In this document: positions 9,933 to 18,414 of the stretch, piece after piece
Numbering within the stretch: the stretch's first letter is position 1
Layout of the letters: each line of letters starts with the position of its first letter
NCBI GenBank assembly: GCA_964488255.1
Contig: CAZAUR010000009.1
Location: forward strand, 81,581-145,580
Length of the DNA: 64,000 nt
DNA from: an uncultured Spirochaetaceae bacterium
GTDB taxonomy: Bacteria > Myxococcota_A > UBA9160 > UBA4427
Direction: 5' to 3'
Notes under the pieces: model-generated
Database searches by the model: none
Seen by the model: the letters and a program-made list of their open reading frames with translations, nothing else
What the model was told of the DNA's origin: nothing
Translations under genes and position numbers: made by a program

Positions 9933-10009
9933 GTTTCCCCCGTTCGACGTGCGTTTCGGCGCCGCACCCAACTCTAGGACGCCCGGCGCACGCGCGCCGA
10001 AGGTCTCGA

Positions 10010-10789
10010 CTACTTGAAGTCCCGCCGACTGAAGATCGTCGTACCGAGCATCAACGTACACGCGGTGTACCCGGCGGCATAGACGATCGCGAGGCCGATC
10101 TCGTTCGTGTCGATCGGCAGTCCGTGCACCGCCTCGAGCGTCTTGTTGAAGACCTCGAAGTCGGGCATCAGCTGGAAGACCCAGGTTCCCATCACGGTCA
10201 CGCTCTCGAGATCCGACTGCTGCGACAACGCCTGCAGGTCCCGCGTGAGGTGGCCGATCATCCAGAGCCCGATCGTGAAGAACGCGGCCAGCATCGGTGT
10301 CGTGAACGCCGAGAAGAGGGTCGCGATCGCGACCAGCACCATCAGCTCGAGACCGATCAGGGCGATTGCCACGAAGTGGTCCCCCGTGACCGGCGCACCC
10401 GCGAGGGCCGAGACGATCCAGAAGGCCACCGCCATCAGCGCGAGCTGGAGCCAGACCGTGAACGTGAGGCCGGCCCACTTCCCGATCAGGAACTCGCTGC
10501 GCGAGACCGGCTTCGAGAGGATCGTGAAGATCGTGCGGCGATCGACTTCGTTGTGGATCAGCCCGATCCCGACGAAGGTCGCGATCCCGGAGCCGAAGAA
10601 CCGGATCGCGCTCATCCCCATGTCCTGCAGGATCTCGTCCACCTCGACGTAGGACAGCGTCGACAGCAACACGCCGGACGCGATCATCAGGAAGCCGAAT
10701 CCGAGCAGCGTGTAGAGCAGCTTGTTTCGAATCGCCTCGCGGACGGTGTTGGTCGCGAGGGCGTGGATACGCCGTAAGGCGCCCATCAT
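10010..10789 (-). CDS. pilI: ABC-2 type transporter permease, in the PilI position of a Myxococcus-type pil block
   Basis: 259-aa multi-TM protein with ABC-2 permease features (VREAIRNKLLY N-terminus). ATGA overlap with the upstream ATPase gene. Confidence 0.65.
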   Translation of the reverse strand: MMGALRRIHALATNTVREAIRNKLLYTLLGFGFLMIASGVLLSTLSYVEVDEILQDMGMSAIRFFGSGIATFVGIGLIHNEVDRRTIFTILSKPVSRSEFLIGKWAGLTFTVWLQLALMAVAFWIVSALAGAPVTGDHFVAIALIGLELMVLVAIATLFSAFTTPMLAAFFTIGLWMIGHLTRDLQALSQQSDLESVTVMGTWVFQLMPDFEVFNKTLEAVHGLPIDTNEIGLAIVYAAGYTACTLMLGTTIFSRRDFK

Positions 10790-11733
10790 GCGTCCCCCCC
10801 GGCCCGCACGGCGTCGAGAAAGACGTCCTCGAGCGAGTTTCGATGCGGTGTGACGGAAACGACCTCGGCGCCGACGCGCATCACCGATTCGAGCACCGCG
10901 TTCACGTCCTTCTCGGCGACCCTCAGCTCGAGTCGCTCGCCCAGCCCGCGCATCTCGAGTTCGAAGCGCTCCTCGAGCTGATCCGCCGTCTCCGGCGGCA
11001 GGCTCGAGATCAAGACGTCGGTCGCGCGCCGGTCGTCGGGCAGGAAGTCTTCCATCTTGCCCTGATGTCGGATCCGACCCTTGACGATGATGGCCACCCG
11101 ATCACAGATCGATTCGACGTCCGAGAGGATGTGCGTGTTCATGAAGACCGTCTTGCCCTCGGCCCGAAGCGAGAGGATCAGGTCGCGGATCTCCATCCGG
11201 CCGAGCGGGTCGAGGCCGCTCATCGGCTCGTCCAGGAAGACCACCTTCGGATCGTGGATCAGCGCCTGAGCGATCCCGACACGCTGTAGCATGCCCTTCG
11301 AGAAGGTGCGCAAGCGCGCGTCCATGGCGTGGCCGAGGTTCACGAGATCGAGGAGGCGCTCGACGCGCTGCGCGCGTTCGGAACCGGCGACCCCGGAGAG
11401 CCGCGCGTAGAAGTCGAGGATCTCGCGCGCGGTCAGGAACGGGTAGAAGTAGGGGTTCTCCGGGAGGAAGCCGATCTGATGGCGGAACTCCGACTCTTCG
11501 ACGTCACAGCCGAGGATCGACGCGCGGCCTTCCGTCGGACGAATCAACCCCATCAGGATCTTGAGCGTCGTGGTCTTGCCGGCGCCGTTCGGCCCTACGA
11601 ATCCGAAGATCTCGTTGTCGACGACCTCGAAGGTCACTCCGTGCAGCACGCGTTTGCGCCTCAGCCCGAATCCCGGGCGGAAGTCCTTCACGACTCCCTC
11701 GACGCGCACGATCTCTCGCGATCCGAAGCTCAC
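10786..11733 (-). CDS. pilH: ABC transporter ATP-binding protein, in the PilH position
   Basis: Walker [10 protein letters not shown], signature FSKGMLQR and Walker [16 protein letters not shown] start at 11733 forms a GTGA overlap with the upstream gene stop. Confidence 0.8.
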   Translation of the reverse strand: MSFGSREIVRVEGVVKDFRPGFGLRRKRVLHGVTFEVVDNEIFGFVGPNGAGKTTTLKILMGLIRPTEGRASILGCDVEESEFRHQIGFLPENPYFYPFLTAREILDFYARLSGVAGSERAQRVERLLDLVNLGHAMDARLRTFSKGMLQRVGIAQALIHDPKVVFLDEPMSGLDPLGRMEIRDLILSLRAEGKTVFMNTHILSDVESICDRVAIIVKGRIRHQGKMEDFLPDDRRATDVLISSLPPETADQLEERFELEMRGLGERLELRVAEKDVNAVLESVMRVGAEVVSVTPHRNSLEDVFLDAVRAGGDA

Positions 11734-12698
11734 GCCCCTGTTCCCTCCGACGTCTCGCTCTGCGACGACCCGGGGTCGACGGTCTCGCCTTCGAAGACCG
11801 CCCCGTCCGAGCCATCCGGATGCGAGTAGTGGACTTCGTACCGGGCACCGACATAGCTCGACACGATCTCTTCGCCTTCGATCTGCCAGACGCTCCCGCG
11901 CGAGAGCGACCCGGGCATCGCGTCGGGCTCCGGACTCGGGAGGTTCTCGATCACGCGATGTGGACCGGTCACGAGATCCTCGACCCGCGCGATGTCGCGT
12001 CCGGCGAGCTCGCGATAGGCGGCGCGGGCGCGGTCCAGGAACCGGGCCTTGTATTCGATCTCGATCTCGTCGAGACCCGACTCGTACTTCGCGCGCTCCG
12101 CATCGTCGTCCGTGCCTTCGAGGAGCTGGCGCAGGAATATCTCGGCGACTTCGATGTCGCCGATCTGGCTCTTCAGCCGGGCCACGAGGCGCGGCAGGTA
12201 GGCCGGCGAGCCGGGCAAGCTCATCGCCGTCTCGAGCGTGGTCGCGGCCGCTGGATAGTCGCCGAGATAGTAGAAATGGTTGAAGCCCAGAAAGAAGTAG
12301 TTCCGCCAGTCGTCCGGGTGATGGGCGATCGCGCGGTCGAGCAGGCGATTCGCTTCGAGTACCTGCTCCCGCGAATGCGTCATCCAGACGGCCGCGAAGC
12401 GATAGGGATGTCCGACGTGGGGATTCAGCGTGGTCGTCACGTCGACCAGGCGGCCGAGATGGCTCGCGACCCGCTCGTCGACCGCATCCTGCGAACCCGC
12501 GACCTGGACGGCCTGCAGCCAGTAGTAGTCGGCCAGCAGCGCGTCGAAGCCCAGGCTGGCTGCATCCACCGCATACGGCGCAGGCACGAAATCCTCGCCG
12601 AGATCCGCGCGGGTCTCGATCGGCACGCGCGCGTGGGCCCAACCGGTGAGCACTGCGCAGCCGATCATCGCGAGAATCTGAGGAACCTTCGACGACAC
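11730..12698 (-). CDS. pilG: Exported accessory protein of the pilin-adjacent ABC system, in the PilG position
   Basis: 322-aa ORF with an N-terminal signal-like segment (ILAMIGCAVLTGWAHA), helical-repeat-like body and sensible composition. The assignment rests on gene order only. Confidence 0.45.
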   Translation of the reverse strand: MSSKVPQILAMIGCAVLTGWAHARVPIETRADLGEDFVPAPYAVDAASLGFDALLADYYWLQAVQVAGSQDAVDERVASHLGRLVDVTTTLNPHVGHPYRFAAVWMTHSREQVLEANRLLDRAIAHHPDDWRNYFFLGFNHFYYLGDYPAAATTLETAMSLPGSPAYLPRLVARLKSQIGDIEVAEIFLRQLLEGTDDDAERAKYESGLDEIEIEYKARFLDRARAAYRELAGRDIARVEDLVTGPHRVIENLPSPEPDAMPGSLSRGSVWQIEGEEIVSSYVGARYEVHYSHPDGSDGAVFEGETVDPGSSQSETSEGTGA

Positions 12699-12762
12699 CC
12701 CTCAGGTCTCCGTTCGTCGTTCCATGAGACGATCCGACAGCCTGTGCCGGTCCCGCCTTCGC

Positions 12763-13341
12763 CTAGAAATCGTCCGCCACGAGCACACGTGCGACCTCGT
12801 CGAACATGCGCGCGCCGTTCGTGAACGGCGGGGACTGGTTGCCGCCCTGTCCGGTCTCGCAGAAGTTGCCGAGCCGATCCGGATGCGTGTAGAGCATCAC
12901 CGACAGCGAGGCGTCTCCGTCGAGATTGCCGTAGGCCGTCGACGTGAAGCAGGACTCGGTGCAGGTACAGGTGCCGGTCAGCGGGTCCGTCGGCGTCGCC
13001 GTGTCGTAGTCGAAGAACACGTCGCCTTCCGGCGCCCAGCCGACGGTCGCGAACGCGGCGTTGATCGGCGTGGAGTCTCGCTTGGTCTTTGTCGGCGACG
13101 CCCCGAGCGTGAAGCTCGGCTCCGCCGCGACGGCCACGAAGTCGTTGAACTCCGCGAAGTACGCCTTCTGGGACTTCGCGAGCGAAGCGAGGTTGGCGTA
13201 GGCCTCCGACCGCTTCGAAGTGAGCTGGTAGTTCACGAAGGAGGGAATCGCGACCGACGCAAGCACGCCGATGATCGCGACGACGATCATCAGCTCGATG
13301 AGCGTGAAGCCGCCGTTCCGGTTCCGGTCCGAACGCATCAT
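12763..13341 (-). CDS. pilA: Type IV pilin (prepilin-type N-terminal cleavage/methylation domain)
   Basis: MMRSDRNRNG-GFTLIELMIVVAIIGVLASVAIPSF class III signal. GGGAGAA Shine-Dalgarno lies 6 nt upstream of ATG 13341. C-terminal Cys residues are present. Confidence 0.88.
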   Translation of the reverse strand: MMRSDRNRNGGFTLIELMIVVAIIGVLASVAIPSFVNYQLTSKRSEAYANLASLAKSQKAYFAEFNDFVAVAAEPSFTLGASPTKTKRDSTPINAAFATVGWAPEGDVFFDYDTATPTDPLTGTCTCTESCFTSTAYGNLDGDASLSVMLYTHPDRLGNFCETGQGGNQSPPFTNGARMFDEVARVLVADDF

Positions 13342-13410
13342 GAGTTTCTCCCTGTGGGGTGATTCGCTCCAACGCGAATCGATCCGCCACGCCCCACCCT
13401 TCCAGGGGAG

Positions 13411-13426
13411 AGCAACCCGCGTGCCA
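13411..13426 (-). promoter_or_regulatory. Sigma-54 (-24/-12) promoter of pilA
   Basis: The minus strand reads TGGCACGCGGGTTGCT, an exact TGGCAC-N5-TTGC match, about 70 nt upstream of the pilA ATG. Confidence 0.7.
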
Positions 13427-13653
13427 GAGAGCACGGGACCCGTCTTTCATCGGCAAGAGTCCGGGAACCCTTGAGGTAGGACGAAGGGATCCGCCAGCCC
13501 GGCGCCGACGATCGCGGCGACACGATCCTGTGAGGCCGGACACGAAGTGACGATTCGCGTCACCGGGCGACACCGCACGGCACCGCTCGGCCCTTCCCTC
13601 CATGTCGAACGGAGTGTTCCGCCGGGTCGCGACCTGTCCGCGCGCCCCCCGGG

Positions 13654-13683
13654 TTGACAGTCGCCAGAGCCCGCGGCTAGTCT
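13654..13683 (+). promoter_or_regulatory. Sigma-70-like promoter of tRNA-Glu
   Basis: TTGACA (13654-13659), an 18-nt spacer, then TAGTCT (13678-13683). The tRNA starts 18 nt downstream. Confidence 0.5.
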
Positions 13684-13700
13684 CCGCCGCCTTCCGATGC

Positions 13701-13776
13701 GCTCCCATCGTCTAGTGGCCTAGGACGCGGCCCTCTCAAGGCTGAAACACGGGTTCGAGTCCCGTTGGGAGCGCCA
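13701..13776 (+). tRNA. tRNA-Glu (anticodon CUC), CCA encoded
   Basis: Manual cloverleaf: acceptor GCTCCCA/TGGGAGC, D-arm GTCTAGTGGCCTAGGAC, anticodon stem CGGCC/GGCTG with loop CTCTCAA, T-arm GGGTTCGAGTCCC, then G-CCA. Confidence 0.85.
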
Positions 13777-13787
13777 CGGCGTTTTCC

Positions 13788-13825
13788 GCGTAGCGTGGAC
13801 ATGCCTTTCAGGGCATGTCCTACGC
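13788..13825 (+). terminator. Stem-loop downstream of tRNA-Glu
   Basis: GGACATGCC (13797-13805), loop TTTCAG, GGCATGTCC (13812-13820) form a perfect 9-bp stem, extended by GCGTA/TACGC. No clear U-tract follows. Confidence 0.4.
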
Positions 13826-13833
13826 TTCGCGCG

Positions 13834-13867
13834 CCGCAGGCGCTGGTTGGCCGCAGGCGCTGGTTGG
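13834..13867. repeat. 17-bp direct tandem repeat (2 copies plus a partial third)
   Basis: ccgcaggcgctggttgg occurs at 13834-13850 and 13851-13867, then ccgcgggcgc. Confidence 0.8.
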
Positions 13868-13990
13868 CCGCGGGCGCTTGCGGGTCGCGACTGCTTCCGA
13901 CTCGAAGCCACGCGGCCCCCACCCTTCTCACCTGCGCTCAGCACCCTTCGAGTAGCGCGCCGCCGTTCCCCACGCCGATTGGATCCGCCT

Positions 13991-14569
13991 TTGAGTGCCG
14001 AGTTTGCTTTTGCGTTTCTGGATTGTGAGTTCGGGGGGTTGGATGTCGAGCTGCACGACCTGACGGAGGTCGGGGTCATCCTCACGGATGCGCGGCTGAA
14101 CGAGCTCGGGGAAGCGCAGTGGCGGGTTCGATCGCGGCCGGAGCGGATCACGCCGCAGGCGGCGGAGATCTTCGGCTACGACGAGGCGTTGTGGGCGAAG
14201 GCGCCGCCGGTGCGCCAGGTGCTGACCGAGATCGTCGACATGCTGCCCAAGGATCGCAAGGTGATCCCGGCTGGACAGAACGTCCGCATGGACGTGATCT
14301 TCCTCGAGCGTGCCTTCACGAAGTGCGAGATCGCCTACCCCTTCGACTATCACGTAATCGATCTCGCCACCCTCTTCTACTCGTGGTCGCTCGTGGCCGG
14401 CGAGCCGGCGCGGGCGATCTCGCTGCGCCAGGCGGCGACGACCGCCGGGCTGCTCGGCGAGGGCGGTGTCGCCCATCGCGCCCTCGAAGACGCGCGGCTC
14501 ACCCTCGAGTGCTTCCGCCACTACATCGGTCGCCTCGCGCCGCGCGAGCCTGCAGAGCTGGCGAAGTAG
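13991..14569 (+). CDS. DEDDh-type 3'-5' exonuclease (DnaQ/oligoribonuclease-like)
   Basis: Exo motifs FLDCEFGGLD, GQNVRMDVIFL and HRALEDARLT. There is no ATG near the domain start, so TTG 13991 is proposed and the start is uncertain. Confidence 0.7.
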   Translation: MSAEFAFAFLDCEFGGLDVELHDLTEVGVILTDARLNELGEAQWRVRSRPERITPQAAEIFGYDEALWAKAPPVRQVLTEIVDMLPKDRKVIPAGQNVRMDVIFLERAFTKCEIAYPFDYHVIDLATLFYSWSLVAGEPARAISLRQAATTAGLLGEGGVAHRALEDARLTLECFRHYIGRLAPREPAELAK

Positions 14570-14579
14570 GCGCCGCGGG

Positions 14580-15158
14580 TCAGGCGATCCGGATGCGCCA
14601 CTTGTCCAGGGCGCGTCGGTCGATGCGAGCCAGCAGGTCCCGAGCCAAGCGGCCGGGAGGCTTCGAGGCGTCGAAGCGAAGGGCCGAGGCGAAGTCGAGC
14701 ACGACCGGGTGACCGTCGTCGCCGGCCAGGATGTTGCTGCGATGACGCAGATCGAGGTGCACGACGCCGCGGCCGTGCATCTCCGCGATGGCCGCCTCGA
14801 GCTCGGGGAGGAACGCCTCCGGCAGCGTGCCGCGGAGCGAACGCGAGAGCAGTCGTCCCGGGCGGTACTCGAAGACGAGCGCGAGCGCGTCGACGCGTCC
14901 GAGCAGGCGCGGCACGGCGGCGACGCCGGCGAGGCGTCGAAAGGCCCTCGCCTCCCGACGCAGCAGCAGGGGCGCGAGCAGGTGTCGGACCGGCGCCGAC
15001 CGAGGCGCGTAGTCCTTCACGACGACCGGCGGCGCCCCGTCTCCCTCACCCGCCACGAGCAACACGTCGGGATTCCCGAAGCCCCCCTCGTGCAGGACGG
15101 ACGACGTTCGCGAAGCGAGCGTGTCGCGCGCGAGTACGATCGGCAGCTCCGCGATCAC
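14580..15158 (-). CDS. Minimal protein-kinase-fold protein (RIO / LPS-kinase-like)
   Basis: VVVKDY (ATP lysine), HLDLRHRSNIL (catalytic loop) and LDF (DFG-like). GTG 15158 forms a GTGA overlap with the upstream methyltransferase stop. Confidence 0.6.
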   Translation of the reverse strand: MIAELPIVLARDTLASRTSSVLHEGGFGNPDVLLVAGEGDGAPPVVVKDYAPRSAPVRHLLAPLLLRREARAFRRLAGVAAVPRLLGRVDALALVFEYRPGRLLSRSLRGTLPEAFLPELEAAIAEMHGRGVVHLDLRHRSNILAGDDGHPVVLDFASALRFDASKPPGRLARDLLARIDRRALDKWRIRIA

Positions 15159-15766
15159 GCGGTGAACCCCGCCCGCAGCCAGAATGCGAGCCAACAAAGC
15201 GACACCGCGAGGAGCGTCCCGAGCTCGTTGTTGTCCGAGTAGCGGTCGAGCGCCCAGTCCTCCGCGGGCGCCGGATGCGCGGCGTCCCGCCAGGCGGCGA
15301 GGCGCGGCCACAATGCCGGGACGGCCTCGCGGTAACGGGCGAACCGCTCGCCGTAGCGCACCCCCAGCCGCTCGCTCTCGAGGGACTCCTTCCGCGGGAA
15401 GTAGCGGAGCGCGAACCACGGCCACAGCAGGAGCAGGATCACGACGCCCAACAGACCGCCGATCGCGATCGCGAACCCGGTTCCGATCAGGAGCGTCCCC
15501 AGATACAGCGGATGTCGCAAATGGGCGTAGGGACCCGTCATCGTGAGCGCGTCGTTCTTCACGAGATGCCCGGCGCCCCAGCTGCGCAGCACGAGACCGA
15601 GGAGGATCGGCAGCGCACCCGCGAGCAGGGCCGCGCGACTCGGGACATGGAAGATCAATAGCCAGAGCCCAACGACGTAGAGCGGCAGGAAGCGAGCGCT
15701 CAGGTTCTTCAGGCGGATCGGGTTCCGCATGCGCAGGAGGCTAATCAGCGGCACTCCCGGGAGCAA
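15155..15766 (-). CDS. Membrane methyltransferase of the isoprenylcysteine carboxyl / phospholipid methyltransferase family
   Basis: 203 aa, multi-TM, with the GPYAHLRHPLYLG motif characteristic of the ICMT/PEMT superfamily. Confidence 0.7.
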   Translation of the reverse strand: MLPGVPLISLLRMRNPIRLKNLSARFLPLYVVGLWLLIFHVPSRAALLAGALPILLGLVLRSWGAGHLVKNDALTMTGPYAHLRHPLYLGTLLIGTGFAIAIGGLLGVVILLLLWPWFALRYFPRKESLESERLGVRYGERFARYREAVPALWPRLAAWRDAAHPAPAEDWALDRYSDNNELGTLLAVSLCWLAFWLRAGFTA

Positions 15767-15790
15767 CGACAGGACCCAGCCGAAACGGCG

Positions 15791-16273
15791 CTAGGAGTCC
15801 TTGCGGTCGCTCCTCGGACCGGCGCCCTCGTCGACGACCATCTCCCAGAGCTCCTCGCGCAGACGCTCGCGAAAGGCGGGGTCAGCGGGGACGGGGTCGA
15901 CGTCCGCCGCGAGGAAGTCGAGCAGCTCCTGCGAGTCGGAGGCTTGCCCGCCGGCCTGCCCGGGGGTGGTGTAATCGATCGCTGCTTCGCCGGCGCCGCT
16001 GCGCGGGAAGGGAATCACGTTGCTCGGATCGGCATCGCCGTCGAGGGCCGCTCGCGTCCAGGCGCGGGTGTGGATGATGTTGCCTTCGTCGCGGGGCTCG
16101 CTCGGATCGGACGGGGCCACCGCACGCCGAGTCGTGGACTGCGACGCGTCATCGACTGGTCTGAACCAGTCTCGAATCCCCTGCCAGACCGTTCCGCGCG
16201 CCACTTCTCGTTCACCTCCGCGCCCGCCTGGCCCGGCGCCCCGGCCGAGGGGCGATGGTTCAGCTGACGTCAT
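15791..16273 (-). CDS. Hypothetical protein
   Basis: 160-aa ORF co-directional with neighbours, of non-junk composition, with an acidic C-terminus (DPAFRERLREELWEMVVDEG). No family recognised and the start is uncertain. Confidence 0.4.
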   Translation of the reverse strand: MTSAEPSPLGRGAGPGGRGGEREVARGTVWQGIRDWFRPVDDASQSTTRRAVAPSDPSEPRDEGNIIHTRAWTRAALDGDADPSNVIPFPRSGAGEAAIDYTTPGQAGGQASDSQELLDFLAADVDPVPADPAFRERLREELWEMVVDEGAGPRSDRKDS

Positions 16274-16383
16274 TTCAGAGTGGTGACGTCCATACGCATG
16301 TGTCAGAAGCGAAGCGGATTTTTTATCCGATCCGAATCGCCTCGGGCACGCGTCCCCTCCGGGACGATGGGACCGCGCCCGGC

Positions 16384-17043
16384 TCAGGCGTGTCCGGCGA
16401 GCCCCTCGATCAGCAGCTCGACCAGCGCATCACACGCGCGTCGGAGCTCCTCGCCCTGCGGAATCCGGGTGCAGACCCCGAAGAGGCTGCTCATGTAGAT
16501 CATCGCGATCTGCTCCGGAGGCAGGGAACTCTTCATCTCGCCGCGATCCGTCGCCCGCTGGAGATGACGGGCGAGCTCGTCGGCGAGGGACGGGACGTTG
16601 TGGGAGAGGTCCTGCATGTCCCTCGGGCGCCGCACGTAGAGCGAGAGCATGTCGCCCAACAGGTCCGCCTCGCCCACCCGGGTGTTCTCGTCGATCACGG
16701 CATCGTTCACGCGCCGCAGGAGATCCCGCAGCGACGCGTCCGATTCGCCGAGGACGGCCACGCGCCGTGCGATCCGCGCGCTGATCCGCTGGGCCAGCTC
16801 GACGAGGACGTCGTCCTTGGTCGAGAAGTGGAAGTAGAACGTCCCTCGCGCGACCCCGGCCGCCTTCGCGATCCGGTCGATCTGCGCTGCCGCCACCCCG
16901 ACCTCGCGAAACTCACGCAGCGACGACTCGAAGAGGCGCTCCCGCGTCTCGCTCCGCTTCCGGGCACGCGCGTTCTGGATGACTTCGCCGCCGCCTTCGC
17001 GTGCGCCGAGCCCGTCCGGAACGAGGGTCGAGGGACTTCCCAT
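16384..17043 (-). CDS. TetR family transcriptional regulator
   Basis: HTH region RERLFESSLREFREVGVAAAQIDRIAKAAGVARGTFYFHFSTKDD. Start set at ATG 17043. Confidence 0.85.
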   Translation of the reverse strand: MGSPSTLVPDGLGAREGGGEVIQNARARKRSETRERLFESSLREFREVGVAAAQIDRIAKAAGVARGTFYFHFSTKDDVLVELAQRISARIARRVAVLGESDASLRDLLRRVNDAVIDENTRVGEADLLGDMLSLYVRRPRDMQDLSHNVPSLADELARHLQRATDRGEMKSSLPPEQIAMIYMSSLFGVCTRIPQGEELRRACDALVELLIEGLAGHA

Positions 17044-17059
17044 GCCCAACGGATACGCA

Positions 17060-17075
17060 ACACACTGACGTGTGT
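17060..17075. promoter_or_regulatory. Candidate TetR operator (inverted repeat)
   Basis: ACACAC-TGAC-GTGTGT is a perfect inverted repeat starting 17 nt upstream of the TetR start codon. Confidence 0.35.
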
Positions 17076-17375
17076 CAACGAAAATCGACGGTGTTTCAGA
17101 TCTCGTCGCAACATGGGTAACCGGTCGCGACAGGAACGAAAACGCGACGCCTGACACGTTGCCGTCGGGTCTCCGCCGTTCTCATCATCTCCCGCAGGGA
17201 TGAGAGGGCGCCGAGAGCGGCGCGGGGCGGACGCCGAGACCCCAGGCCCCAGCCACCCGCAGCGATCGAGGCGGGCTGCAGGTGGCTGGCGAGGCGGCCG
17301 GGGTTCGGGGGGGGAGCGCAGCCCGGGGAAGGGGGTGGTCGCGCTGCGTCTCCGCGGTGGGGAGTGGGATTCGAA

Positions 17376-18035
17376 CTACGAGCGGAGGACGCCCTCGAGA
17401 CCGGGCGTACCCGCGGAGATCGCGCGCCGCATGCGATAGAGGTTGGCCTTCACGGCGTCCTCACTCTTGCCGAGGGCGTTCGCGATGGCCCGGATCGGCT
17501 GCTGGCGCAGGTGCTTCAGGTGGAAGATGCGGCGCTGGAGCGGCGTGAGGTCATGAGCGATGACCTCCTCGCAGCGGCCCAGGACGCGGCGCGCGTCGAC
17601 GGTCTCGTCGGCCGGCGGCTCGAACGCCTGGATGTCCAGCGCACCGCCCTCCTCCAGCGGCTCGAGCCGCGGGCGGGGCTTGCGGAAGCGGCGATTCACC
17701 TTGTTCCGGGTCACACCGAAGATCCAGACCAGCAACGCCGACTCGCCCTTGTAGGACGAGAGCGCCGTCATCAAGGTCATGAAGACCTCCTGCGCGACGT
17801 CCTCGGCCTCGCCGGGGTCGCCCAGGCGCTTCAGTGCGAAGCGGTAGACGCGGGGGAAGTAGGTTTGGTAGAGCAGGTCGAAGTGCTCGCGGCTGCCGGC
17901 CAGGATCTGGTCCACCAACTCGCGGTCACAATCCCAGGCCTTCTTCGTTCGCTGCACAGTAGAAGTATTCGGCACGATTTCGTTCCTCGATTCGACGAGG
18001 AGTCGCGCGGGTTCCCGTCCCTCATTCGCACCCAT
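17376..18035 (-). CDS. RNA polymerase sigma-70 family (ECF-type) sigma factor
   Basis: Region 2 YFPRVYRFALKRLGDPGEAEDVAQEVF and region 4 LTPLQRRIFHLKHLRQQPIRAIANALGKSEDAVKANLYRMRR. No anti-sigma gene lies directly downstream. Start uncertain. Confidence 0.85.
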   Translation of the reverse strand: MGANEGREPARLLVESRNEIVPNTSTVQRTKKAWDCDRELVDQILAGSREHFDLLYQTYFPRVYRFALKRLGDPGEAEDVAQEVFMTLMTALSSYKGESALLVWIFGVTRNKVNRRFRKPRPRLEPLEEGGALDIQAFEPPADETVDARRVLGRCEEVIAHDLTPLQRRIFHLKHLRQQPIRAIANALGKSEDAVKANLYRMRRAISAGTPGLEGVLRS

Positions 18036-18227
18036 ACCCGGATAGACCGGATGGGTCGGCTGAGGAAAGAGAGGTTCGGTCTCCCTGACTCGCTTCCAGT
18101 CGATCCGACAGGTCCCTGAACTCCTGCCGGCTGGTCGCGAAAAACCGAACCGCTTGCCCGCTCGAACTCGTCGAGCTTTTTGGCTTTTCGAAAGTCACCC
18201 GGTTGCCCGGGATGAGCCCATTCTAAG

Positions 18228-18243
18228 AGCAATCGATGTGCCA
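18228..18243 (-). promoter_or_regulatory. Sigma-54 (-24/-12) promoter upstream of the ECF-type sigma gene
   Basis: The minus strand reads TGGCACATCGATTGCT (TGGCAC-N5-TTGCT, the same form as the pilA promoter), about 190 nt upstream of the sigma ORF start and in a lower-GC stretch. Confidence 0.6.
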
Positions 18244-18291
18244 GAGCAAGCATTTTCGCTGCGAGCCGCTAAGTGCCCGAAATCATTGAAT

Positions 18292-18307
18292 TGTGATCTA
18301 GATCACG
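18292..18307. promoter_or_regulatory. Palindromic site TGTGATCTAGATCACG (candidate enhancer or Crp/Fnr-type box)
   Basis: GTGATCTAGATCAC is a perfect 14-bp palindrome that fits TGTGA-N6-TCAC(A) and TGT-N10-AC(A). Its centre is roughly 80 nt upstream of the predicted sigma-54 start site. Confidence 0.5.
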
Positions 18308-18414
18308 GGGCGCAGGAAAGTGCGTAGCGCGCCGTCGGAGGGTACTTTTCTGCCCACGGAGACGAGGCTTTTTCCCTTCATTCGGAAGAACCGCGATCGC
18401 GCGCGTGCGGGCGA

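Noticed and set aside
17357-17376. The minus strand reads TTCGAATCCCACTCCCCACC, resembling the T-loop plus 3' acceptor end of a tRNA (possible att-site remnant) just after the sigma gene stop.
   Set aside because: The 5' partner of the T-stem and the rest of a cloverleaf are absent. No matching tRNA or second copy occurs in the window. A match of about 20 nt to a generic GC-rich motif can arise by chance.
17831-18253. 140-aa minus-strand ORF spanning the sigma gene start and its upstream region.
   Set aside because: It overlaps the sigma-factor N-terminus out of frame and runs across the predicted sigma-54 promoter. It has no recognisable motifs and looks like a chance ORF.
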